A stretch of 64,000 nucleotides of DNA from an uncultured cyanobacterium. GTDB taxonomy: Bacteria > Cyanobacteriota > Cyanobacteriia > Phormidesmidales > Phormidesmidaceae. Within the stretch, counting starts at the first letter, position 1. Each line of letters opens with the position of its first letter. Positions 39,789 through 50,542 of this stretch are shown in pieces. The position numbers and the translations under genes were made by a program. The notes under the pieces were generated by a model. The model searched no databases. It was given only the letters and a program-made list of their open reading frames with translations, and was not told the DNA's origin. The stretch lies in the NCBI GenBank assembly GCA_963793265.1, contig CAWBZI010000006.1, forward strand, positions 928,001-992,000, read 5' to 3'.

Positions 39789-41171
39789 CTATCGACCGAC
39801 GCCCAGGTAACGGAAGCCTGCATCCTCAAGCTTCTTTTGATCCAAGAAGTTGCGACCGTCAATCATAACAGGAGCATTCATCAGACTCGCCATTTTGGTG
39901 TAGTCCAGGTTCTGGAACTTTGCCCAGTCTGTGACGAGTACCAAAGCATCGCAGCCATCGGCTAGGCGCTCAGGGTCAGTTTCAACAATAACGCCCGAAA
40001 GACCCTGGCTGACGCCGCTTTGAGAAACGATGGGGTCGTAAGCTTTAACCTTAGCGCCCAGGCGGTTGAGGCTTTCGATCATAATCAGCGAAGGGGCATC
40101 GCGCATGTCGTCTGTGTCAGGCTTGAAGGTGAGGCCGAGTAAACCAACCGTTTTACCTTTTAAGATTTTGAGCACTTGCTGAAGCTTTTCAACGGTGAGC
40201 AAACGCTGACGGGTGTTCACGTTAATGGTGGCTCTGAGCAGCTCAGCTTCGTAGCCGTAGTCTTCAGCGGTATGCAGTAGCGCTGATACGTCTTTGGGGA
40301 AACATGAGCCGCCCCAGCCAATGCCTGCCTGCAAGAATTTGCTGCCGATGCGGGAGTCTAGCCCGATGCCTGCGGCGACCTGGGTGACGTCAGCGCCGAC
40401 GCGATCGCAAATATTCGCCACTTCATTAATAAAGCTAATCTTAGTCGCCAAAAACGCATTAGAGGCATACTTCACCATTTCAGCCGAGCTGAGATCGGTC
40501 ACCACTACCGGTACCTGGGGCGCAGCCGTGTCTTCGGCAAACTTGCGCTCTACGATGGGGGTGTAGAGTTCTTTCATCATTGCGATCGCCTTTTCGCTAT
40601 CGCTACCCAGCACAATGCGATCCGGGTTAAAGGTATCAAATACCGCCGAACCTTCTCTTAAGAACTCAGGATTACTCACGACATCAAAAGCCGCTCCAGC
40701 AGCAGGAGCCTCTACGGGCGCGCCTGCACCAACGGGCACTTTTTGACGCTCAGCGATCCCGTCTAAAACGATCATGCGCACCCAATCGCCCGAGCCGATA
40801 GGCACAGTGGACTTGTTCACAATCACTTTGTAGCCGCCGTTGAGGTGCTCGCCAATGCCTCGTGCTACGGCTTCTACATAGCGCGTATCGCTCTCACCTG
40901 TAGGCAAAGCAGGCGTACCGACCGCGATGAAAAGAATATCGCCGTGACCAACACCCGCACCCAAATCAGAAGTGAACTCTAAATTGCCAGAAGCCATCGA
41001 AGACTTCATCAGCTCAGATAAACCGGGCTCATAGATAGGAGACTGGCCCGACTTCATGAGCTGAACTTTTTCTTCGTTGTTATCTACGCAAATAACATGA
41101 TGGCCGATGTGAGAGAGGCAAACTCCCGTCACTAATCCTACATAGCCGGTTCCAATAACGCATACACGCAT
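39789..41171 (-). CDS. ugd: UDP-glucose 6-dehydrogenase
   Basis: IGTGYVG, AVGTP, KSTVP, SNPEFLREG, GWGGSCFPKD, FKPDTDDMR, IDGRN. Confidence 0.94.
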   Translation of the reverse strand: MRVCVIGTGYVGLVTGVCLSHIGHHVICVDNNEEKVQLMKSGQSPIYEPGLSELMKSSMASGNLEFTSDLGAGVGHGDILFIAVGTPALPTGESDTRYVEAVARGIGEHLNGGYKVIVNKSTVPIGSGDWVRMIVLDGIAERQKVPVGAGAPVEAPAAGAAFDVVSNPEFLREGSAVFDTFNPDRIVLGSDSEKAIAMMKELYTPIVERKFAEDTAAPQVPVVVTDLSSAEMVKYASNAFLATKISFINEVANICDRVGADVTQVAAGIGLDSRIGSKFLQAGIGWGGSCFPKDVSALLHTAEDYGYEAELLRATINVNTRQRLLTVEKLQQVLKILKGKTVGLLGLTFKPDTDDMRDAPSLIMIESLNRLGAKVKAYDPIVSQSGVSQGLSGVIVETDPERLADGCDALVLVTDWAKFQNLDYTKMASLMNAPVMIDGRNFLDQKKLEDAGFRYLGVGR

Positions 41172-41243
41172 GATGGTAAAAACTCTCTAAATAAATGACA
41201 AAAGATAGATCTAGGGTAAATAGCGGCCCGTAGACCTTTTAAA

Positions 41244-42230
41244 CTAGGGTGTGGTCACAGCAGGTTCGGCCGTCTTGCTAAGCTTTTCGCTCAGGGTGCC
41301 GTTAGCTGCCATGCGATCGCGAAAATCAGCAATCGTCTTCTCCAAGCCTTCTTGAAGCTGCACATTAGGCTCCCAGTCAAAAAACTGCTTCGCCTTAGTG
41401 ATATCTGGCTTTCGGCGACGCGGGTCATCTTGGGGCAGCGGCTTATACTGCACCTCAGAGGCAGGATTCACCATCTTTTGAATCGTTTCAGCCAGCTCCA
41501 AAATTGTGTACTCACCCGGATTACCCATATTGATTGGGCCAGTCTGATCGCCGTTCATCAGCCGAATAAAGCCCTCTACCAAATCAGAGACGTAGCAGAA
41601 GCTGCGCGTTTGAGAGCCGTCGCCGTATACCGTTAGCGGCTGACCACTCAACGCCTGCACAATAAAATTACTCACCACACGACCGTCGTTTTCGAGCATT
41701 CGAGGGCCGTAGGTATTAAAAATACGCACCACGCGAATGTCTACATCGTTCTGCCGGTGGTAGTCAAACGCGAGAGTTTCGGCCATCCGCTTGCCCTCGT
41801 CGTAGCAGCTACGAATCCCAATCGTATTCACGCTACCCCGGTATTCCTCAGGTTGAGGATGCACTTCCGGGTCACCGTAAACCTCTGAGGTAGAGGCTAG
41901 AAAAAATCGCGCCTTAGTCCGTTTTGCTAAGCCCAACATATTGAGCGTACCGAGTACATTAGTTTTCACTGTCTTTACAGGGTTGTACTGGTAGTGAACC
42001 GGAGAAGCAGGACAGGCCAGATGGTAGATCTGATCAACTTCTAAACGAATCGGCTCTGTAATATCGTGACGGATCAGCTCGAAGTAAGGGTTGTCGAGCC
42101 AGCGCAAAACGTTGCGCTTGTGTCCGGTATAAAAGTTGTCTAAGCAGATGACCTCGTGGTTAGCTTCCATCAGCCGATCGATCAAATGGGAGCCAATGAA
42201 GCCAGCTCCCCCGGTGACTAGAATTCTCAT
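41244..42230 (-). CDS. UDP-glucuronate decarboxylase (UDP-xylose synthase) family SDR
   Basis: [59 protein letters not shown]; co-oriented with ugd. Confidence 0.92.
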   Translation of the reverse strand: MRILVTGGAGFIGSHLIDRLMEANHEVICLDNFYTGHKRNVLRWLDNPYFELIRHDITEPIRLEVDQIYHLACPASPVHYQYNPVKTVKTNVLGTLNMLGLAKRTKARFFLASTSEVYGDPEVHPQPEEYRGSVNTIGIRSCYDEGKRMAETLAFDYHRQNDVDIRVVRIFNTYGPRMLENDGRVVSNFIVQALSGQPLTVYGDGSQTRSFCYVSDLVEGFIRLMNGDQTGPINMGNPGEYTILELAETIQKMVNPASEVQYKPLPQDDPRRRKPDITKAKQFFDWEPNVQLQEGLEKTIADFRDRMAANGTLSEKLSKTAEPAVTTP

Positions 42231-42519
42231 AAGTTTTGAATATCTGAAAGGATATCTGACGGACAGCGCAGAGCTATTAGCACAAAGCCTCTAGCGCAAA
42301 GCTACCAGCTCAGAACAGCGCAACATGTTGCTGGCTGAAAGCTCTTTTGGATGACGAGAGCGTTTTTAGCAAGTGCCTACAGGAACGGAACTTTGCAGCA
42401 ATTGGGGTGAAACTGTCTAAAAATGTAACAAAGTTTCTTGATTTCAAAAAATGAAATGGCTAGGTTTCACTAAAACTTCAACCGTTCCTATAAATACCCA
42501 AAAAGTTTGATGCGTTATC

Positions 42520-42550
42520 AAAAAAGCGCGGAACACTAACGTTCCGCGCT
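42520..42550 (-). terminator. Intrinsic terminator of lepA
   Basis: Minus strand AGCGCGGAAC-gttagt-GTTCCGCGC-TTTTTT. Confidence 0.85.
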
Positions 42551-42574
42551 GTATAAAATGATCGGCCTCAGGTT

Positions 42575-44389
42575 TTAACTACTCGGCGTCAGCTTCAACA
42601 CGGCCATAAACGCCTCCTGTGGCACATCTACCGTACCGATAGACTTCAAACGCTTCTTACCTTTTGCCTGTTTTTTCAGCAGCTTTTTCTTCCGCGAGAT
42701 ATCGCCGCCATAGCACTTTGCCAGTACGTCCTTGCGCAACGCTGGAATACTCTCACTGGCAATAATCCGGCTCCCAATTGAAGCCTGAATTGGAATTTTG
42801 AACTGGTGGCGAGGAATTAGCTCCTTAAGCTTTTCAGTCAGCGCGCGACCCACATAGTAGGCATTGTCCTTGTGCACAATCGCCGCTAGCGGATCAACCT
42901 TATCGCCGTTAATCATCACGTCTAGCTTCACCAAAGCATTCGTACGGTAGCCAATCAGGTTGTATTCCATGCTGGCATAGCCCCGGCTACGCGACTTCAT
43001 CTGATCAAAAAAGTCGGTGACAATTTCAGCTAGAGGAATCTCATAGGTGAGCGTCGTACGGCCTGGGGTGAGATACTTCATATCTTTAAAGTCACCCCGA
43101 CGCTTTTGACACAGCTCCATCAGGGTGCCGACAAATTCTTCGGGCGTAATTAGATCTACCTTCACGTAGGGCTCATCAATTTTTTCGCGCTGCTGTGGCT
43201 CAGGTAACATACTCGGGTTGTCAATCTCGACCACATCACCACTAATGGTCGTCACACGATAGATCACCGAAGGCGCTGTGGTGATCAAATCAAGGTTGTA
43301 CTCGCGCTCTAGGCGCTCTTGAACGATTTCCATATGTAGCAGACCCAAGAAGCCACAGCGAAATCCGAAGCCCATCGCACTCGAAGTTTCAGGCTCGTAC
43401 TGCAAGGCCGCATCGTTGAGGCGCAGCTTGTCTAAAGCTTCTCGCAAATCTTCGTACTGATCGGAGTCAGTTGGAAACAGGCCGCAAAAAACCATCGGCT
43501 TAGCTTCTACGTACCCCTCTAAAGGTTCAGCGGCAGGGGCTTTAGCGAGCGTAATCGTATCGCCTACTCGCGCATCTTCTACCGATTTAATCGAAGCCGA
43601 AATGTAGCCCACTTCACCCGCATGAAGTTCATCGACCTGCACTTGATTAGGCGAGAGTACGCCTAGCTCATCAATGTCGTATTCTTTGCCGGAGGCCATC
43701 AGGCGAACGCGATCGCGCTTATTAATCACCCCATCTGTCACCCGAAAATACACAATCACGCCGCGATAGCTGTCGTAATAGCTATCAAAAATCAGCGCGC
43801 GCACAGGACTATCTGTCGTATCGGCGGGGGGCGGCACCAGGTAGGTGATGGCTTCTAAAATCTCAGGCACACCAATGCCCTCTTTTGCTGAGGCCATAAT
43901 CGCGTTGCTACAGTCGAGGCCAACGACCTCCTCAATTTCGGCGCGCACCCGTTCAGGGTCGGCTCCCGGCAGATCAATCTTATTGAGAACAGGAATAATT
44001 TCTAGATCGTTTTCAAGCGCCAAATAAACGTTTGCCAGGGTTTGCGCTTCAACCCCTTGAGAAGCATCTACGACTAGCAGCGCGCCTTCACAGGCAGCTA
44101 GAGATCTCGATACTTCATAGGTAAAGTCCACGTGCCCCGGCGTGTCGATGAGGTTGAGCACGTACTGCTCGCCGTCTTTGGCGGTATAGTTCATGCGGGC
44201 GGCTTGCAGCTTAATGGTGATGCCGCGCTCGCGCTCAATGTCCATAGAGTCGAGAAACTGCGCCTTCATGTCGCGATCGCTCACCGTACCCGTAGTCTGT
44301 AGCAGCCGATCGGCCAGGGTAGACTTACCGTGGTCGATGTGGGCAATGATAGAAAAGTTGCGCAGACGTGAAACGGGAACGTCGGTCAT
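42575..44389 (-). CDS. lepA: Translation elongation factor 4
   Basis: [57 protein letters not shown]. Confidence 0.98.
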   Translation of the reverse strand: MTDVPVSRLRNFSIIAHIDHGKSTLADRLLQTTGTVSDRDMKAQFLDSMDIERERGITIKLQAARMNYTAKDGEQYVLNLIDTPGHVDFTYEVSRSLAACEGALLVVDASQGVEAQTLANVYLALENDLEIIPVLNKIDLPGADPERVRAEIEEVVGLDCSNAIMASAKEGIGVPEILEAITYLVPPPADTTDSPVRALIFDSYYDSYRGVIVYFRVTDGVINKRDRVRLMASGKEYDIDELGVLSPNQVQVDELHAGEVGYISASIKSVEDARVGDTITLAKAPAAEPLEGYVEAKPMVFCGLFPTDSDQYEDLREALDKLRLNDAALQYEPETSSAMGFGFRCGFLGLLHMEIVQERLEREYNLDLITTAPSVIYRVTTISGDVVEIDNPSMLPEPQQREKIDEPYVKVDLITPEEFVGTLMELCQKRRGDFKDMKYLTPGRTTLTYEIPLAEIVTDFFDQMKSRSRGYASMEYNLIGYRTNALVKLDVMINGDKVDPLAAIVHKDNAYYVGRALTEKLKELIPRHQFKIPIQASIGSRIIASESIPALRKDVLAKCYGGDISRKKKLLKKQAKGKKRLKSIGTVDVPQEAFMAVLKLTPSS

Positions 44390-44628
44390 GAAAAATCCGG
44401 CTAAAAAGCTTGGCTAATACTTAATCGCCAAGCCTTGATTGTAAGTCTTGACGTGAGGATTTGGATAAGTGGTTGGGTTTGCTAAATACTAACGAAGCTT
44501 GTGGGCAACCGTGCGTTAAAAAGTTTCGCGATCGCCCACAAGCTAGCTGTAATATGGCCGCAATATGATACTGCAGCCACAATATCTGCCAATAAGAGAT
44601 AATCTTGATTAGAGTAGCCTGAAAACTG

Positions 44629-46479
44629 ATGCCCCGGTCTGTTCAACCCCAATCGACAGCTCAATCAACGCCAATGCCCGAAGACAAGTCGGCACCGAGG
44701 CTTAACCCTGCAATTCGACCTAACGGAGTTTCTAGCGGCGCTTCTGCAAATGTTTTAGTCGTGACGCATACAGGCCAAGGCGAGATACTGTCGCTTCATT
44801 GGCCCCAGTCTAGCGACTGTCAGAACTGCGAGAACCTGACAGGTCAATCTGTCGAGGCTCTCTTTGGGCCAGTTGCAGTAGAGCCTTACCTAGCGCGCGT
44901 GCAAAAAGTATTGGCTACCGGTCAGCCAGACGAATTTCAGTGCGTGGTGCGCTGCGGCCATCAGCCAGTTAGCTTTGAGTTTTTATTAAGTCCTTTGCCA
45001 CTGAGCGCCCAGGAAGCAACGACTGGTGTGGTTGGCGTCGGACGTCGAATTGTAGCTGAAGTGGCACAGCTTGCAGAAGTGAAGCTGACTAGAAGCAACA
45101 GCCCGGCTGGTAATAGCTACTATGCACTGCTCTCTAGCGTCGCCTCTAGCATTCGTAAGACGCTAGATCTCAACACCATTTGGCAGCAGACAGTAAATGG
45201 GCTAGGCAACATGCTGGGTCTAGATCGCTGCTTGGTGTGTGACTATTCGCAGGCGATGCAAACGCTTACGGTCGTCGCGGAATATCACGAAGCCGAGCTA
45301 CATCCCTGCATTGGTAAAACTTTCGATCTGTCGCAAAAGGCAGATTTTCTAGAAACGCTACAAAGCTTAGAGCCGGTTATTTCTGACTTTGAGCGCGGCG
45401 ATGAGCAAGGTGAAGCCGAGCGGCCCTACACCGTTTTGACCGTCGCGACCTGCTATCGCAATGAGCCCAATAGCATTTTGGTATTGCAGCAGGCACCCTA
45501 CCGCCCCTGGCAACCATTTGAGATTGAGCTAGTGCAGGAGCTGACCGATCAGGTCGGTACTGCGATCGCACATGCCAAGCTCTTTAGCGAAAGCCACAAC
45601 ATCACCCAAGAGCTGCGCAAAAAGTCTTACGCGCTCAGGCAAACCAACGATGAACTCATGCGCAAGCATGACGAGCTTGAAGAAGCCCGTCAGCAGGCAG
45701 AAGAAGCCTCCCGATTGAAAAGTGACTTCTTAGCGAATACTTCTCACGAGCTGAGAACGCCACTCAACGGCATGATCGGCTTTTTACGCCTTGTGCTAGA
45801 CGACATGGCCGATAGCGCCGAAGAGCAAACCGAATTTATTCAGGAGTCTCACAATTCAGCGCTGCATTTGCTGAACCTGATCAACGACGTGCTTGATATT
45901 GCCAAAATCGAAGCAGGCAAAATGGATCTGCCGATGAGCGCTGTGAGCCTCACAGAACTGCTCGCTGAGGTGAAGCACTTTATGAGCCCGCAAATTGAGC
46001 GGCGCGGGCTTGACTTTAATATCGTGCTGCCTGCAACCCTTGATGAAATTAAGCTATATGGCAACTATCAAAGGCTAAAGCAGGTGTTGCTCAACCTCGT
46101 CGGTAATGCCAACAAGTTTACGCACGAAGGCGGAATCACTATCGGTGTCGAAATCAAGCCTCAGCCCGTGGTGTTTGCCGATCAGTCTTGGCCTGGCCTG
46201 GTGAAGCTGAGCGTGGCAGATACTGGCATCGGCGTTTCATTAGAAAAGCAAGACCGGCTATTTCAAACCTTTTCTCAGGTCGATAGCGCCCGCACCCGTC
46301 AGTACGAAGGCACCGGTTTGGGCCTCGCTATTTCTCAGCGGCTTGTAGAAGCAATGGGCGGCAAGGTGCAGTTTATTAGTATGGGCGAAGGGCTTGGCTC
46401 TACGGTGACCTTCACGGTGCTGCTCTATCAGGAGCCGGTGATGGAGTTAGGGCCAAATGCTCAAATAACTGAACTTTAG
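44629..46479 (+). CDS. Soluble sensor histidine kinase (PAS-like + GAF + HisKA + HATPase), orphan
   Basis: IRKTLDL..IWQQTV..LG...DRC GAF start; SHELRTPLNG H-box; NLVGNA, DTGIG, GTGLGL; no adjacent response regulator. Confidence 0.9.
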   Translation: MPRSVQPQSTAQSTPMPEDKSAPRLNPAIRPNGVSSGASANVLVVTHTGQGEILSLHWPQSSDCQNCENLTGQSVEALFGPVAVEPYLARVQKVLATGQPDEFQCVVRCGHQPVSFEFLLSPLPLSAQEATTGVVGVGRRIVAEVAQLAEVKLTRSNSPAGNSYYALLSSVASSIRKTLDLNTIWQQTVNGLGNMLGLDRCLVCDYSQAMQTLTVVAEYHEAELHPCIGKTFDLSQKADFLETLQSLEPVISDFERGDEQGEAERPYTVLTVATCYRNEPNSILVLQQAPYRPWQPFEIELVQELTDQVGTAIAHAKLFSESHNITQELRKKSYALRQTNDELMRKHDELEEARQQAEEASRLKSDFLANTSHELRTPLNGMIGFLRLVLDDMADSAEEQTEFIQESHNSALHLLNLINDVLDIAKIEAGKMDLPMSAVSLTELLAEVKHFMSPQIERRGLDFNIVLPATLDEIKLYGNYQRLKQVLLNLVGNANKFTHEGGITIGVEIKPQPVVFADQSWPGLVKLSVADTGIGVSLEKQDRLFQTFSQVDSARTRQYEGTGLGLAISQRLVEAMGGKVQFISMGEGLGSTVTFTVLLYQEPVMELGPNAQITEL

Positions 46480-46499
46480 ACCGGGCTTTAAGGCGGGCT

Positions 46500-47342
46500 T
46501 CATTCGGAGACGAAGTGTGATCGCCCCTCGCAGGTTTCTTTGAGCTGATAAGCGATCGCCTGCCAGTCTTCAGCTTCCAAATGCCCAATTGTCGTATCGA
46601 TAACATCACGATATTTTTTGAGCGATCGCAATACCTCAGCCCGATTGTACTGAGCCATCATCAGCCCTAATTCTGGATTACCGCCGCCCACTCGACTCGT
46701 ATCTCGAAACCCAGAACTCGCTAGCTGCTGCGAAAGCTCAAGCACCTCAGCATCAGGCTCTTGCAGCGCAGCTTGGATCAGACCAGAGCTGACCATTACA
46801 GGCAAATGAGAAATCCAGGCCACGGCTCTATCGTGATCTGCTGGCGAACAGTGATAGAGCTGCGAGCCGATCTGTTTGGCTAGCTGTTCAACAACGGCAA
46901 CGGCGCTAGGTTTCGTGCTCTCGACCGGCGTAATCACATAGGGCCGCTGCTGAAAAATGCCAGGCTCAGCCGCACCCAAACCAGCTTCGCTCTTACCGCT
47001 CATCGGATGACCGCCCACAAAATAAGGCCACGCCTGTGTCGCTTCAGCCGTAATTGCAGACTTCACCGAGCCCACATCAGTTATCACCGTACCGGGCTCT
47101 ACTAACGCCGCTAGCTTTTTTACCATTGGCACAATAGTCGCAATCGGCGTACAGACAATCACCACATCGCAGGGCGGCAGTGACGCTATATCAGTACTAG
47201 CCGTATCTACTAGCTCCCTACGCAAAGCCTGCTGACAGGTTTCGAACCTTCTGGCAACGCCATGAACGCGATGGCCCAAAGCTTTAAAATCCAACCCTAG
47301 ACATCCACCAATCAGCCCAAGTCCTACAATCGCGATATCCAT
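46500..47342 (-). CDS. tyrA: Prephenate/arogenate dehydrogenase
   Basis: IVGLGLIGG, TDVGSVK, GGHPMSG, HDRAVAWISHLP, ASSGFRDTSRVGGGNPELG. Confidence 0.92.
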   Translation of the reverse strand: MDIAIVGLGLIGGCLGLDFKALGHRVHGVARRFETCQQALRRELVDTASTDIASLPPCDVVIVCTPIATIVPMVKKLAALVEPGTVITDVGSVKSAITAEATQAWPYFVGGHPMSGKSEAGLGAAEPGIFQQRPYVITPVESTKPSAVAVVEQLAKQIGSQLYHCSPADHDRAVAWISHLPVMVSSGLIQAALQEPDAEVLELSQQLASSGFRDTSRVGGGNPELGLMMAQYNRAEVLRSLKKYRDVIDTTIGHLEAEDWQAIAYQLKETCEGRSHFVSE

Positions 47343-47456
47343 ACCGTCCTCTTTCTACCTACGGGCCAACTGTACGAATGTGTCACAATAAAAGTCACCG
47401 CGAAAGTCACCGTTTGCCCTACTATCTATACTTCTCACGCTTCTACCCATACACCT

Positions 47457-49028
47457 GTGATCGAAACAGAAGTTCATCAGCGCCTCCGGGCTTATCTCAG
47501 AGATCAAGGGCATACCCAGTGGCCACACCATCTGACTATGGCACGGTTGGTCGCCAGGGCTTTGCGCGTAGATAGAAGCGCACTTTTGCAGATAGATAGT
47601 CTGGCCGCTTATCAGGGGAGCCATCGCCTCAGCTACCTGATGCCTGCGCTGCTATGGCCAGAGCCTGCCGTTTTAGCGCTGCCCGACGCGCTAATAGAAA
47701 CGGTGCTACGGCAAGATATTCCTAATTTGCAGCAGGGGCTACCGGTGGTAAAGCCGGTGGTATCGGGCGATCGCTGGCCCGACCAAAACTTTAGAGGACT
47801 GCTGGTCACCTCGGCACAAAGCTGGCTGAGCGATCGCCTCAACACCCAGCGCCATCCAAATCACCCAAGCCGCTTTGTACCAGGCATTCCTACTCTCATA
47901 GACGGCGCTGGCTCGCTAGAGCGCTGGGCTCAAGACCTGCTTAGCTCAACGCTTTCTGCCACAGACTGGGAAACGCTCATGCTGGCCTATCCCAGTCAGC
48001 GGGAATTTATCCGAGACATGCGGGTGCGAATTACCCATGCCATTTTTCAGCATCCGGTTAATCCCTATAGCTGCCATCTCATCGAAGATCCTGAAAAAAT
48101 ACTGCTGCACGAGCTGTATGAATGGCTAAAGATTTACGGAGATGATAGCCAGATGCCTACTTGCTGGGAGCGATTTTGGCAGCAGTTTTCGCAGCCTGAA
48201 CGACTGGCTTGGAGCAGCCTAGACCGCGAGCTAGGCAGTGTAAAACTTCACTGTGGCCCGGTCGATCTTAAGAGAGCTTTGGCTCCCGTCTGGAAACAGC
48301 AGCCGATTGTGCTGGTGGGCGCAGCGCTAGACGCCGAGCCTCAGGCACAGCAATATCGCGATCGCCTCGGACTCGGGGATATGACCTGTCTTCGCTTCGG
48401 CCCTGATCGCCACCATGATTTGGTACAGCTCTACCTGCCCGATCGCCTGCCCATGCCCAACACCAGCCACTTCAAAGACGCCGCTCTCAAAGAGATTCGA
48501 GAACTCCTGAGCGTGCGTGGGGCCACTGACGATCCGACCGTGATTTTGATTGGTGACGTGCCGCTCAAAGCTCAGTTCGCGGCGGTACTAGCAGCTGAGT
48601 TTGGCTCTCGGGTAAAGCTCGAATCACCTGTTAGTAGCCAGGGAATTTTGATTACCGGGTGGGATTACTGGCGATCGCACCAAACCCAATTCACAACGCC
48701 TGGCCTTCTGATTATCACCACCCTGCCGATCCCCTCTCTCGAAAATCCCTTAGTCGCCAGCCGAGTTGCCGTCTACAAGCGTCGCCGTCAGGACTGGTTT
48801 AAGGCGTACTTATTGCCCGCTGCGCTGAGTGAATTGCAACATGCTGTGGCACCTGTGCGATCGCGCCACGACGACAGCATCGGCATCATCGCCCTACTAG
48901 ACAACCGAGTAAACTATCGCAGCTATGGCGCGCGTGTTTTATCGGCTCTGAGCCCAGCAGCTCGCAGCAGCTACCTCAACGAAGACTGGTTCAACCACAG
49001 ATCACCATCAGAGAATTCGTCTTTCTAG
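47457..49028 (+). CDS. Cyanobacterial DinG-like protein (degenerate helicase with Helicase_C_2 region)
   Basis: MIE.EVH..LR, W.HHLTMARLVARALR, LII.TLPIPSLE.P.VA, DWF..YLLP.AL..LQ.A, LLD.RV..RSYG. Confidence 0.75.
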   Translation: MIETEVHQRLRAYLRDQGHTQWPHHLTMARLVARALRVDRSALLQIDSLAAYQGSHRLSYLMPALLWPEPAVLALPDALIETVLRQDIPNLQQGLPVVKPVVSGDRWPDQNFRGLLVTSAQSWLSDRLNTQRHPNHPSRFVPGIPTLIDGAGSLERWAQDLLSSTLSATDWETLMLAYPSQREFIRDMRVRITHAIFQHPVNPYSCHLIEDPEKILLHELYEWLKIYGDDSQMPTCWERFWQQFSQPERLAWSSLDRELGSVKLHCGPVDLKRALAPVWKQQPIVLVGAALDAEPQAQQYRDRLGLGDMTCLRFGPDRHHDLVQLYLPDRLPMPNTSHFKDAALKEIRELLSVRGATDDPTVILIGDVPLKAQFAAVLAAEFGSRVKLESPVSSQGILITGWDYWRSHQTQFTTPGLLIITTLPIPSLENPLVASRVAVYKRRRQDWFKAYLLPAALSELQHAVAPVRSRHDDSIGIIALLDNRVNYRSYGARVLSALSPAARSSYLNEDWFNHRSPSENSSF

Positions 49029-49161
49029 AACACGCCTTAAATAACCTTGAACAAATAATAAATTAGCGCCAATCTTTTCAAGTTCCTATAACCAGACCGC
49101 TATGATATGAAGCAAGAACGCCGCCGCAATGGCTACAACACGACACTACTGGGCTTTCGAC

Positions 49162-49377
49162 ATGGGAGAATCCAACCGCAGAAAAAAAGCATTAGGCGAA
49201 GACTACGGCAAGCCCAAACCCTTCATTCGCGGCTTGCCCATCAGTAAAGAAACGGGCGCTAAGTTCGTCTCCTGGACAACCACTGGCGCTTGGCTCGGCA
49301 TTGCTCTAATGATCGTAGCCTGGCTCACTATTCGGTTTATTGGGCCAGGCTTTGGCTGGTGGACACTTACAAATTAA
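49162..49377 (+). CDS. DUF2839-family small membrane protein
   Basis: MGESNRRK..LGE.YG, WTT.GAW.GI, RFIGP.FGWW. Confidence 0.82.
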   Translation: MGESNRRKKALGEDYGKPKPFIRGLPISKETGAKFVSWTTTGAWLGIALMIVAWLTIRFIGPGFGWWTLTN

Positions 49378-50138
49378 AGAACGCTAGATCAAAAAAGCGA
49401 TCTCGAGCACAGCACAACAGATGTCTTTGTAAAGATTAATTTAGGCGTAACGGCTTGAGCGCATATCACCCATCCTTTGTAATCTCTCTACAGACATATC
49501 TGTCCGGGGTTTCAAAGTATTCACTTAGATATATTTACGAGCAGGCTGTGTCAACTTTTGTCATATTTTTGATCCCCTGGTCAGTGAATCTTTTAAATAG
49601 ACGCTAGTTGCGTTAGAACGGTTAGAGCAGTTAAGCGGCATTTAGATCGGTTCAAGTAAGCAAAATTCAATAAAACAGTCCGCATAGCTCTTCTCACAAA
49701 TACAAGGAATCCGAGAAACGCATCAAGAAAACCTGCTGATTTAAGCAACTGTGCTCAGAAGGTATGTCTACGTGCTCACTGGTGACATGACCTGACAAAG
49801 CTTTGTCAACAGCCAAATGTACTTTTTTGGATAGACAAGCTCGTAAGATAAGTTGGCTACAGTCTGAGGCTAGCTTAAATGTTAGGTCTAAGCTGCTGAG
49901 GTCAAGAATGGTTGATGGATTAGTCCATTGGGTACCTTGCAGTATCCATTCGCTAAAACTGTCATAAAACGTTACGATTTTGGAACGATTCCTATATTCC
50001 TTAATTTAAGGGCGCTCTAGAAGCGTTTGTGATCTGTCTTCAGGTCGGCCGTTTTCTCCGTCAGTTGCTTTCTTAAGAAACTTCTTAAGAAAGTGTTAAG
50101 TAAATATGTAAAATCGAAAGATGGTGTAGAGGAAAGAC

Positions 50139-50471
50139 ATGTTTGTCAGACTTGCAAATCAACATCGACAGTTCGTTCAAGACTTAGTGTTAGATCTAAA
50201 GGCCTTGGCTGTTGTTCTAGAAAAAAGAGGGTACCTAGCGTCCTGCTATACCTGTGGCGATGAACTCAACAGCGCTTCATTTATGGTGAGCCTGGGTGGA
50301 GATCATCTCATTCGTTTTTTGGTTTCCGACTACGGAATTACCTGGACGGAAATGCGCGACGACCGTGAGCTAATGAAGCTTGAAGGGGCTGAAGCCATTA
50401 ATCAGCTTCAAGAACTCGCCAACCTAGTTAAGTATCAAGTGAGTCCGGCTGAATATGAAGTCGTTGGTTAA
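50139..50471 (+). CDS. DUF1815-family protein
   Basis: MF.RLA.QHRQFVQDLV..L.ALA..LE..GY.ASCYTCG, HLIRFLVSDYGITWTEMRDDRELMKLEGAEAI. Confidence 0.85.
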   Translation: MFVRLANQHRQFVQDLVLDLKALAVVLEKRGYLASCYTCGDELNSASFMVSLGGDHLIRFLVSDYGITWTEMRDDRELMKLEGAEAINQLQELANLVKYQVSPAEYEVVG

Positions 50472-50542
50472 ACCCAACGGCAACTGGGCCTAAAGGCTGT
50501 TGGCTAGAGCCGTTAGTGGTTCGTGTTTGGTCATGTGTTTGG

